From a virus: DNA of 14,300 nucleotides. Every line of letters starts with the position of its first letter. Position 1 is the first letter of the stretch. A program made the translations under genes and the position numbers. This document shows, piece after piece, positions 8,493 to 14,300 of the stretch. The notes under the pieces are model-generated. The model did no database searches, was not told where the DNA came from, and saw only the letters and a program-made list of their open reading frames with translations. The stretch lies in the UHGV virus genome UHGV-0153413; one strand, 5' to 3'.

Positions 8493-8726
8493 CAGCATTC
8501 TGGCTACTTGCTTAGCCAGTTCCGCCAACTCCTCGTCTTCAACACCCCATTCAAGAACAGCCAGAAGCATTCCCATTTTGGGGATGAAGCTGTCTTTCCA
8601 TCGCGAAATTTGCGATTCATTAACCCCTAACGCGTCGGCAACCTTTCGCTGACCACGTACAGCAATTCGATTCAGGATGTTGCTTGTAATTGCATTCGCT
8701 TTCTTGCGAGTACTTGTAAGTTGCAT
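8448..8726 (-). CDS. cII: Transcriptional activator CII
   Basis: ESQISRWKDSFIPKMGMLLAVLEWGVEDEELAELAKQVARML closely matches lambda CII (QISRWK...SMLLAVLEWGV). ATG 8726..8724 preceded by AAGGAAATACTTACAT, as in lambda. The 121-aa track ORF is an upstream extension. Confidence 0.85.
   Translation of the reverse strand: MQLTSTRKKANAITSNILNRIAVRGQRKVADALGVNESQISRWKDSFIPKMGMLLAVLEWGVEDEELAELAKQVARMLTKEKAPKNGEFFEA
8681..8714 (+). promoter_or_regulatory. Candidate pRE with CII-binding direct repeats TTGC-N6-TTGC
   Basis: TTGCttgtaaTTGC at 8681-8694, inside the cII 5' coding region on the opposite strand, followed 14 nt later by a weak -10-like AGTACT. Orientation is toward cI through cro. Confidence 0.4.
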
Positions 8727-8784
8727 ATGTAAGTATTTCCTTAACAAATAAGAAGTTATGCGCATCAACTTGTGCGCGTTGTAT

Positions 8785-8828
8785 TCCCGCATTTCGGCGG
8801 GAATGAGGACCATGACTGTTAAAGAGCG
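8785..8828 (-). promoter_or_regulatory. nutR (boxA CGCTCTTTAA plus boxB hairpin) between cro and cII
   Basis: Minus strand CGCTCTTTAAcagtcatggtcctcatTCCCGCCGAAATGCGGGA. The boxB hairpin (6-bp stem UCCCGC/GCGGGA) is identical to the one in nutL. Confidence 0.6.
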
Positions 8829-8834
8829 GTGTTA

Positions 8835-9029
8835 CTATTTGTTTTTCTTGTTGCTTGGGAAAGGACGAACTTCCTCTCCAATCACACTGCCATCAGGCTT
8901 TACCGTAACCATAATGTTACGGCCTGCCAGAATGGCCTTGCTGATAGCGCACTGGATTACACCAAAGTCACTGGCTGCTTTAGCCTGTCCATGGATTTTG
9001 GCGTAATCGGCAAGTGTCATTCGAATCAT
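8835..9029 (-). CDS. cro: Cro repressor
   Basis: [62 protein letters not shown] parallels lambda Cro ([21 protein letters not shown]...DGSVYAEEVKPFPSNKK). ATG 9029 with RBS GGAGAG. Confidence 0.8.
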   Translation of the reverse strand: MIRMTLADYAKIHGQAKAASDFGVIQCAISKAILAGRNIMVTVKPDGSVIGEEVRPFPSNKKNK

Positions 9030-9058
9030 ATGCACTCTCCGTTATTAACCATGAACAA

Positions 9059-9126
9059 AGAATACTACAGGTATTCAAAACAATCAATACTCAGGGTATT
9101 TTTAGTTTAAGTACCTTAGCTATTAG
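9059..9126. promoter_or_regulatory. OR region: three operator dyads with divergent pR (toward cro) and pRM (toward cI)
   Basis: Operators gaatactacaggtattc (9060-9076, perfect dyad), aatactcagggtatt (9086-9100) and the weaker aagtaccttagctatta (9109-9125), centres 24-25 bp apart. pR on the minus strand: -35 TTGATT (9087..9082), 17 bp, -10 TATTCT (9064..9059). pRM candidate -10 TATTAG (9121-9126) only 9 nt before the cI ATG with no SD, so cI is probably leaderless as in lambda. Confidence 0.65.
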
Positions 9127-9135
9127 AATTAAGCT

Positions 9136-9852
9136 ATGGAAAATAAAAAATCACTGACGACAGAACAGCTCGAAGACGCTAAGCGGCTTAAGGCTTTGTA
9201 TGAGTCAAAAAAGAAAGAATTGGGAATAACCCAATACTCAATCGCTGATGAACTGGGTATCACCCAAGGAGCGGTAGGGCATTATCTTAATGGCAGAAAC
9301 GCGCTAAACGTTGAGGTTGCATCTGGTTTTGCACGACTGTTGCAAGTCTCAATTGCTGATTTTAGCCAGTCAATTGCTGCCAAGGTTGCAGAACAGGCAG
9401 AAAGCCTTAAGAGCGATGCCAACGTAAGGTATGCAGGGGAATACAGAGCAGGAAAGAGGTATCCGGTGTTAAGCAGTATCCAGGCTGGCTCGTGGTGTGA
9501 AGCATGCGAACCATACACCATTAAAGACATAGATGTTTGGCTTGAGTCTGACGCGCATATTCAAGGTAATGCGTTTTGGCTTAAAGTGGAAGGTGATTCA
9601 ATGACGGCACCGGTTGGGTTAAGCATTCCAGAGGGAACATTCGTTCTTTTCGATACCGGAAGGGAGGCGATCAACGGCAGCTTGGTCATAGCAAAACTTT
9701 CTGACTCTAACGAAGCAACATTCAAGAAGCTGATAATCGACGGCGGAAATAAATACCTCAAGGGACTTAATCCTGCATGGCCTCTCGTGCCAATCAATGG
9801 AAACTGCAAGATTATAGGCGTTGCAATTGAGACAAAACTAAGGCTGGTTTGA
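9136..9852 (+). CDS. cI: CI repressor (HTH-XRE N-domain plus S24 LexA-like autopeptidase C-domain)
   Basis: 238-aa ORF. HTH region QYSIADELGITQGAVGHYLNG, Ala-Gly (SIQAGSW) candidate cleavage site, catalytic Ser in GDSM and Lys in FKKL. Divergent from cro across the operators. Confidence 0.9.
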   Translation: MENKKSLTTEQLEDAKRLKALYESKKKELGITQYSIADELGITQGAVGHYLNGRNALNVEVASGFARLLQVSIADFSQSIAAKVAEQAESLKSDANVRYAGEYRAGKRYPVLSSIQAGSWCEACEPYTIKDIDVWLESDAHIQGNAFWLKVEGDSMTAPVGLSIPEGTFVLFDTGREAINGSLVIAKLSDSNEATFKKLIIDGGNKYLKGLNPAWPLVPINGNCKIIGVAIETKLRLV

Positions 9853-9869
9853 TCACGCAAGGGGCGATT

Positions 9870-10238
9870 ATGGTTGGAACCGCTATAGCAAGCTTTTTTG
9901 GGATGTTGGCAATCTCGACAATTTACGTCTTAGCGCATGCTTTTATTGCGAAATCTCTATCAGAAAAAATAAGCCAGGCTTGGGCGCATAGATCAGCTCG
10001 TTTCATGATTCTTGTGATCATAGCAATACAAGGGATATCTGCATTTATCCTCTATGTATCAAGCTTATACCTATTGTATCAAGGCGCGACATTTACGCCT
10101 TACACCAGTGATTACGGAACTCTATACGATGGTAGTGAAGACATCACTGTGGCTTGGATCGTCTTTGGTTTATCTATGGCCGTGTCTGTTGTAGCAGACA
10201 TCATTAAGGTAATTCTCGTCTTAACCTTCGCTGACTAA
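9870..10238 (+). CDS. Predicted 3-TM membrane protein in the rex position (cotranscribed with cI)
   Basis: ATG 9870 with RBS AAGGGG (a TTG at 9849 overlapping the cI stop is an alternative start). Three hydrophobic helices. Sits between cI and OL/pL, where lambda has rexA-rexB. No recognisable similarity to RexB as I recall it. Confidence 0.6.
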   Translation: MVGTAIASFFGMLAISTIYVLAHAFIAKSLSEKISQAWAHRSARFMILVIIAIQGISAFILYVSSLYLLYQGATFTPYTSDYGTLYDGSEDITVAWIVFGLSMAVSVVADIIKVILVLTFAD

Positions 10239-10323
10239 CCCATAATCCCGGCAGCAATAGCTATCGGGATCCACTTCACATATCCCGCATAAAAATCACT
10301 GAACAAGCAGACAGCGAAAAAAT

Positions 10324-10418
10324 AAATATCCTTTGTATTCATTTGTTTATCATTATTTCATCAAAAATAAATACCTTGGGTATTTACACAATAAAATACC
10401 TACAGTATTCTTTAGCCA
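10324..10418 (+). promoter_or_regulatory. OL operators and pL promoter
   Basis: Operators aaataccttgggtattt (10369-10385) and aaatacctacagtattc (10394-10410) share half-sites with OR; a possible distal site aaatatcctttgtattc (10324-10340). pL: -35 TTTACA (10383-10388), 17 bp, -10 TATTCT (10406-10411). The downstream sequence ATCAGCAGGACGC matches the start of the lambda pL transcript as recalled. Confidence 0.6.
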
Positions 10419-10457
10419 TCAGCAGGACGCTGGAAGCCAAACGGAACAGATTGGCAG

Positions 10458-10498
10458 GCTCTTTAACATTGATGGGATTGTCCCGCCGAAATGCGGGA
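10458..10498 (+). promoter_or_regulatory. nutL (boxA GCTCTTTAA plus boxB hairpin)
   Basis: gctctttaa (10458-10466), 14-nt spacer, boxB tcccgc/cgaaat/gcggga (10481-10498), identical to nutR boxB. Lies about 40 nt downstream of the predicted pL start. Confidence 0.6.
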
Positions 10499-10765
10499 AC
10501 CAAAGAGTAGTTGGCTTTGGGGTGTGGTGAAGCCAGCTAGTCACTGGCAAGTGCTTACCTACTGTTGAGCGGTGAAGCGCTCCCAACGCTAGCAATAGCG
10601 TGGACGAGATGGGGAGCCGCGGGCGATAAGGCCGCCATAACGCGCACGTTGTCGCATGGAAAAATCGCTGGGGTGCCGGTTATACCCCTCCGAATGAGAC
10701 TCAACAAGCTGGAGCTAGACTACCAGCCACCACACCACCAAAGCTAATCATCTGAGGAACAGAAA

Positions 10766-10885
10766 ATGTTAGACATCATGACCAACCCAATTCTCGGTGG
10801 TTTAGTTACCACATTCGCCATCTGCTTCGGTTTCACTATCTGGTCTGAAGTAGATGACTGGATGTGGGAACGCAAAAACAAATAA
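10766..10885 (+). CDS. Small single-TM peptide ORF (39 aa) in the N leader
   Basis: Hand-translated: RBS GAGGAA 8 nt before ATG 10766, MLDIMTNPILGGLVTTFAICFGFTIWSEVDDWMWERKNK, stop TAA 10883-10885. One hydrophobic helix then a charged tail. Below the ORF-track size cut-off. Confidence 0.4.
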   Translation: MLDIMTNPILGGLVTTFAICFGFTIWSEVDDWMWERKNK

Positions 10886-10925
10886 TCATCGACACACAAG
10901 GATGTGCACCTACCCGGAGGTCAAC

Positions 10926-11198
10926 ATGACAGTAGTCATTACATATCTGGCTGACGATAACACCAGAAATCGCCGCAGAGCACGCAGACAGGCTCAACGT
11001 GAACAGGCAATGCAAGAGCAGCGACTGGCGCGAAAAATTGCGCTAAAGCTCTCTGGTTGCGTCAGAGCAGATAAAGCAGCATCACTCGGAAGCCTTCGCT
11101 GCAAGAAGGCAGATGAATGCAGCGGAAGTATTTGCCTGCCAAACGTAGCCATTTACGCGGCAGGCTACCGGAAATCAAAACAACTGACAGCGAGGTAA
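10926..11198 (+). CDS. N: Antiterminator N (arginine-rich motif)
   Basis: ATG 10926 with RBS GGAGG at 5 nt. N-terminus MTVVITYLADDNTRNRRRARRQAQREQ carries an arginine-rich boxB-binding motif like lambda and P22 N. First gene after pL/nutL. The 114-aa track ORF is an upstream extension. Confidence 0.75.
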   Translation: MTVVITYLADDNTRNRRRARRQAQREQAMQEQRLARKIALKLSGCVRADKAASLGSLRCKKADECSGSICLPNVAIYAAGYRKSKQLTAR

Positions 11199-11201
11199 GT
11201 G

Positions 11202-11426
11202 ATGAATCAGACATACATTCCATCATGCTTGAGAAATCTGCCAAAGCAGAAAGCAAAGCCCAGCAAGCAAGCCATAAAGGACGCTAAGGCAGAGGTTATT
11301 GATCAAGCAATACAATTGCTCAGGAAGGAGTTAAGAAGTGGCAAGCTCGAAGGAATGATGATGCCCTATCAGCGCGGATATCTATCGGCGATTAGTAAGT
11401 TGGAAGTATTGAAGAGTGAATTATGA
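11202..11426 (+). CDS. Hypothetical 74-aa protein immediately after N (the ral position in lambda)
   Basis: ATG 11202 follows the N stop by 3 nt. Basic N-terminus and predicted helical C-terminus. No similarity to lambda Ral as recalled. Confidence 0.55.
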   Translation: MNQTYIPSCLRNLPKQKAKPSKQAIKDAKAEVIDQAIQLLRKELRSGKLEGMMMPYQRGYLSAISKLEVLKSEL

Positions 11427-11488
11427 ACTATCTGGAATTTCCGGATGGTTCATTGTTTTGGCAGCAAACCACTTATTTTAGGTGATAT

Positions 11489-11938
11489 ATGGAAGAACAA
11501 GCAAACAAGATTCTCGTAGAACTATTGCAAAAAGCCAGTAATGGAATAGACGCGGCTGTTTCATTTAGCCAGGCACAGATTCCTGATGTTATCCATCAGT
11601 TGCTGCTATGGAATATGGTTGACAGTCTGATTAAAACATTAATAGCCATTCTAACAATCCCACTGGTTTTCTGGTTTATGAAGAAGCAGTGCCAAAGAGT
11701 TGAGATAGGTAAAATCGGTAATGAAGGATATTCATGGGAGAAGGGAAATCCCAAATACAGGCCGACAATGGTTTGGGATAGCAAAGGTGATATTAATCTT
11801 CTTATCATGCCATTGGTTGGAGTTTTGACTCTGTGGGGGATTTTTATTATTGGTGCAGTAACCAATATGACTTGGTTAAAAATTTGGCTGGCCCCAAAGC
11901 TTTACCTTATCGAATATGCAGCATCATTGGTTAAGTAA
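11489..11938 (+). CDS. Hypothetical 149-aa membrane protein (2 predicted TM) in the sieB position
   Basis: RBS AGGTGA 5 nt before ATG 11489. Hydrophobic helices LIKTLIAILTIPLVFWFM and LLIMPLVGVLTLWGIFIIGAV. Followed by a strong terminator. A superinfection-exclusion role is inferred from position only. Confidence 0.6.
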   Translation: MEEQANKILVELLQKASNGIDAAVSFSQAQIPDVIHQLLLWNMVDSLIKTLIAILTIPLVFWFMKKQCQRVEIGKIGNEGYSWEKGNPKYRPTMVWDSKGDINLLIMPLVGVLTLWGIFIIGAVTNMTWLKIWLAPKLYLIEYAASLVK

Positions 11939-11942
11939 TTTC

Positions 11943-11968
11943 AGGCCGCATAGTCGGCCTTTATTTTT
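11943..11968 (+). terminator. Rho-independent terminator (tL-type) after the 149-aa membrane gene
   Basis: aggccg / catagt / cggcct followed by ttattttt. Confidence 0.7.
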
Positions 11969-12087
11969 GGCATAAACAACAGAATAAACACTGCACTGTG
12001 TATTCATTCCAACGAGTGAATACACGGAGCAATGTCACTCGTAACTAAACAGGAGCCGACTTGTTCTGATTATTGGAAATCTTCTTT

Positions 12088-12112
12088 GCCCTCCAGTGTG
12101 AGGGCGTTTTTA
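12088..12112 (+). terminator. Rho-independent terminator (tL-type) upstream of cIII
   Basis: gccctc / cagtgt / gagggc followed by gttttta. Confidence 0.65.
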
Positions 12113-12177
12113 TATGCATACCAATAACGCTTCAATTGAGGCGTTTTCGTTATGCAATCAAACAGAAGGAGTTACCC

Positions 12178-12312
12178 ATGATGCACTTTCAGTTAGCGGG
12201 TAGCGGCGTCATGTCCGCTTTCTACCCGCACGAATCTGAATTATCACGCCGAGTTAAACAATTAATCAGAGCAGCAAAGAAACAACTGGAGGCATTATGC
12301 GCAATGAAATAG
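12178..12312 (+). CDS. cIII: CIII-like protease inhibitor (44 aa)
   Basis: RBS AAGGAG then ATG 12178. MMHFQLAGSGVMSAFYPHESELSRRVKQLIRAAKKQLEAL parallels lambda CIII (AIAGWPVAGCPSESLLERITRKLRDGWKRLIDIL) as recalled, including the central amphipathic helix. Confidence 0.55.
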   Translation: MMHFQLAGSGVMSAFYPHESELSRRVKQLIRAAKKQLEALCAMK

Positions 12313-12449
12313 CCATTAATCACCAGATGCTTCGTGCAGCACAAAACAAAGCAGTAATAGCCAGATTTATTGGTGATTCAAAAATGTGGCTTGAAGCAAA
12401 TAAAGCGATGAAATCAGCTATCAACCTTCCGTTGTATCGCAGGAAATGA
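12297..12449 (+). CDS. kil: Kil-like small protein (50 aa; FtsZ-inhibitor family in lambda)
   Basis: RBS GGAGG then ATG 12297. MRNEIAINHQMLRAAQNKAVIARFIGDSKMWLEANKAMK resembles lambda Kil (…IATFIGDEKMF…) as I recall it. Overlaps the cIII 3' end. Confidence 0.5.
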   Translation: MRNEIAINHQMLRAAQNKAVIARFIGDSKMWLEANKAMKSAINLPLYRRK

Positions 12450-12524
12450 GTTTTACAGATAACTGGTCAGACGAAGAATTCATTCGTCAGATGAAAGATT
12501 TAATCGGTAACGAAGGAGATATTC

Positions 12525-12695
12525 ATGTCACTTGCAACCACAGTGAAGGAGAGCAAGTTACAGAGACGCATGTACACGCAGCAGGCGTTAATGTATCGCC
12601 AGAAGGGAGATCGTGAAGGTGTTCGCGTATTTTTAAATGCGGCAAAGACTGAAGTATTAAATCAGCGTTATTTCCTTTGGCCATGTCCATTCTGA
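12525..12695 (+). CDS. Hypothetical small ORF (56 aa) between kil and the annealing-protein gene
   Basis: RBS GGAG 7 nt before ATG 12525 (MSLATTVKESKLQRRMYTQQALMYRQKGDREGVRVF...). A different-frame 56-aa ORF at 12446-12616 (ATGA-coupled to the kil stop) overlaps it; which one is expressed cannot be decided from sequence. Confidence 0.3.
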   Translation: MSLATTVKESKLQRRMYTQQALMYRQKGDREGVRVFLNAAKTEVLNQRYFLWPCPF

Positions 12696-12703
12696 GGTGA
12701 ATT

Positions 12704-13411
12704 ATGAATTTGAATAAATTCGACGAGCCATTCAGCCCTGAAGATATCGAATGGCGAATACAGCAAAGCGGTAAAACACGCGATGGCAAGGTGTGGGCTA
12801 TGGTGCTGGCTTATGTCACGAACCGGGCAATCATGAAGCGCCTGGACGATGTTTGCGGCAAAGCAGGATGGCGCAATGAATACCGCGATATTCCCAACAA
12901 CGGCGGAGTTGAATGCGGCATATCAATCAAGATTGATTCCGAATGGGTAACCAAATGGGATGCCGCTGAAAACACGCAGGTAGAAGCCGTCAAAGGTGGT
13001 CGTTCCGGTGCAATGAAGCGCGCTGCCGTTCAGTGGGGAATCGGTCGGTATCTGTATAACCTTGAGGAAGGTTTCGCACAAACATCTCTCGATAAAAAGC
13101 AGGGGTGGCACAGGGCAAAACTGAAGGATGGAACAGGATTTTACTGGTCCCCTCCATCGCTGCCGGGCTGGGCAATGCCAGTATCAGATAACAAATCACC
13201 ACCAGAAAATACCAACCAGAAATCTCCATCGGTTGACTGCGAACAAATCCTGAAAGACTTCAGCGATTATGCATCGAAAGAAACTGACAAGAAAAAACTC
13301 ATCGAGCGTTATCAGCGTGACTGGCAATTAATGGCTGGCAATGAGGATGCGCAGGCTAAATGCGTTCAGGTAATGAACATCAGAGTTAACGAGCTAAAAC
13401 AGGCGGCATAA
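12704..13411 (+). CDS. Putative single-strand annealing protein (Rad52-like family)
   Basis: 235-aa ORF with RBS GAGGTGA. Sits where lambda has bet, immediately upstream of an SSB gene. N-terminal region (WAMVLAYVTNRAIMKRLDDVCGKAGW...GISIK) is consistent with Rad52-like recombinases as recalled; not verified. Confidence 0.55.
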   Translation: MNLNKFDEPFSPEDIEWRIQQSGKTRDGKVWAMVLAYVTNRAIMKRLDDVCGKAGWRNEYRDIPNNGGVECGISIKIDSEWVTKWDAAENTQVEAVKGGRSGAMKRAAVQWGIGRYLYNLEEGFAQTSLDKKQGWHRAKLKDGTGFYWSPPSLPGWAMPVSDNKSPPENTNQKSPSVDCEQILKDFSDYASKETDKKKLIERYQRDWQLMAGNEDAQAKCVQVMNIRVNELKQAA

Positions 13412-13918
13412 ATGGCAAGCAGAGGCGTAAATAAGGTGATTATCCTTGGTCGGGTAGGACAAGACCCGGAAGTTCGATACTCACCATCAGGAACAGCGTT
13501 CGCTAACCTGACAATAGCCACGTCAGAACAATGGCGAGATAAAAATACTGGCGAGCAAAAGGAATTGACTGAATGGCATCGTGTTGCTGTATCCGGGAAA
13601 CTGGCTGAGGTCGTGGGGCAGTATGTGAAAAAAGGTGATCAGATTTATTTCGAGGGAATGCTGAGAACCAGAAAGTGGAAAGACCAGTCAGGGCAAGACC
13701 GTTACACAACCGAGGTTCATGTCGGAATTAATGGCGTGATGCAAATGCTTGGCGGCATTGGCGACAGCAAACAACAAGCAGCCAGCAGGCAATCACAGAA
13801 GCCACAGCAGCAATCATCACCAGCACAACACAACGAACCTCCGATGGATTTTGACGACGATATACCCTTTGCACCAGTAACTCTCCCCTTCCCTCGTCAC
13901 GCTATTCACGCAATTTAA
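13412..13918 (+). CDS. ssb: Single-stranded DNA-binding protein (SSB) with a 15-aa extension past the DDDIPF motif
   Basis: OB-fold N-terminus [34 protein letters not shown]...W(H)RV, Gln/Pro-rich linker and acidic tip MDFDDDIPF. The ORF then continues [15 protein letters not shown] before the stop. Confidence 0.85.
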   Translation: MASRGVNKVIILGRVGQDPEVRYSPSGTAFANLTIATSEQWRDKNTGEQKELTEWHRVAVSGKLAEVVGQYVKKGDQIYFEGMLRTRKWKDQSGQDRYTTEVHVGINGVMQMLGGIGDSKQQAASRQSQKPQQQSSPAQHNEPPMDFDDDIPFAPVTLPFPRHAIHAI

Positions 13919-13931
13919 TCAGGAGAAAATC

Positions 13932-14225
13932 ATGCCAGCGCCTCAGTATGGTGCGGATGACCCGCGCCGCTGTTCCGGCAATTCCGTATCGGAGGTGCTG
14001 GATAAATTCAGAAAAAACTACGACCTGATAATGTCGCTACCGCAGGAAACGAAAAAGGAAAAGGAATTTCGCCACTGTATATGGCTTGCAGAGAAAGAAG
14101 AACGCGAGCGAATTTACCAGACATCAATCCGACCATTCCGCAAAGCCACATATACCCACTTCCCTGAAATTGACCCGCGCCTGCGTAATTACCGCTCACG
14201 CTATGGCGCTATCAGTAATGACTGA
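13932..14225 (+). CDS. Hypothetical 97-aa protein
   Basis: RBS AGGAG 7 nt before ATG 13932. No family recognised. Confidence 0.5.
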   Translation: MPAPQYGADDPRRCSGNSVSEVLDKFRKNYDLIMSLPQETKKEKEFRHCIWLAEKEERERIYQTSIRPFRKATYTHFPEIDPRLRNYRSRYGAISND

Positions 14226-14236
14226 GGAATTTACCA

Positions 14237-14300
14237 TGAGAGGACTTGCATACAATCCCGGCATTCTTCCGGCAGAAATGATTATTCGCCAACGCGTAAA
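14237..14300 (+). CDS. Hypothetical protein, 5' end only (continues past the window end)
   Basis: RBS GAGGAA then ATG 14237 (MRGLAYNPGILPAEMIIRQRV...), open to the window edge. Confidence 0.35.

Noticed and set aside
8829-9110. Plus-strand ORFs of 82 and 93 aa overlapping cro and the OR operators
   Set aside because: They overlap cro antisense and run through the operator/promoter region; they are not compatible with the divergent pR/pRM architecture.
10513-10743. Possible REP or ERIC-type intergenic repeat, or a retron msr-msd
   Set aside because: There are partial resemblances (GATAAG...CGCG...GTCGCAT) but I cannot match the consensus from memory, and there is no reverse-transcriptase gene nearby for a retron. 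Left as an unexplained structured element.
10565-10747. 60-aa plus-strand ORF inside the GC-rich element
   Set aside because: GTG-start frame with no RBS in a GC-rich block where long open frames arise by chance. The region is better explained as structured RNA or DNA, though coding is not excluded.
10854-10925. Longer N ORF starting at 10854 (114 aa, from the ORF track)
   Set aside because: There is no RBS at 10854, whereas ATG 10926 has a GGAGG SD at ideal spacing and places the arginine-rich motif near the N-terminus as in other N proteins.
12033-12131. 32-aa ORF starting at ATG 12033 between the two tL terminators
   Set aside because: The GGAG is only 2 nt from the ATG and the ORF runs through a terminator hairpin; it is unlikely to be translated.
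1-14300. CRISPR array, IS element, integrase or attachment site
   Set aside because: No regularly spaced direct repeats, transposase-like ORFs or terminal inverted repeats of an IS were seen. Integrase and att are expected outside this window.

Overview
This window is the early/immunity/replication/nin/late-control/lysis segment of a lambdoid (lambda-like) phage or prophage, lying in reverse orientation relative to the usual lambda map. Reading left to right: a Rha-family regulator (truncated), the lysis cassette Rz/Rz1-R-S (minus strand, recognised from memory as near-identical to phage lambda), a non-lambda Q antiterminator with candidate pR' and tR', a nin region (ninI, H, G, F, a NinX-like insert, ninE, divergent ninB), two unknown genes, a tR2-like terminator, a DnaB-type helicase, an O-like initiator with an internal iteron origin, cII, nutR, cro, OR, cI, a small membrane protein in the rex position, OL/pL, nutL, N, two accessory ORFs, cIII, a Kil-like ORF, a Rad52-like annealing protein and an SSB. 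No rRNA, tRNA, CRISPR array or IS element was found. The genome is mosaic: lambda-like lysis and nin genes, P22-like replication genes, a distinct Q, and an immunity region with its own operator specificity. The most interesting unexplained content sits in the two classic lambdoid cargo hotspots: cI to N (a 3-TM membrane protein, a roughly 230 bp GC-rich structured element, a 39-aa TM peptide ORF) and N to cIII (a 74-aa ORF plus a 149-aa membrane protein). All homology calls rest on reading the translated ORFs and on recalled family sequences; no database search or alignment was run.
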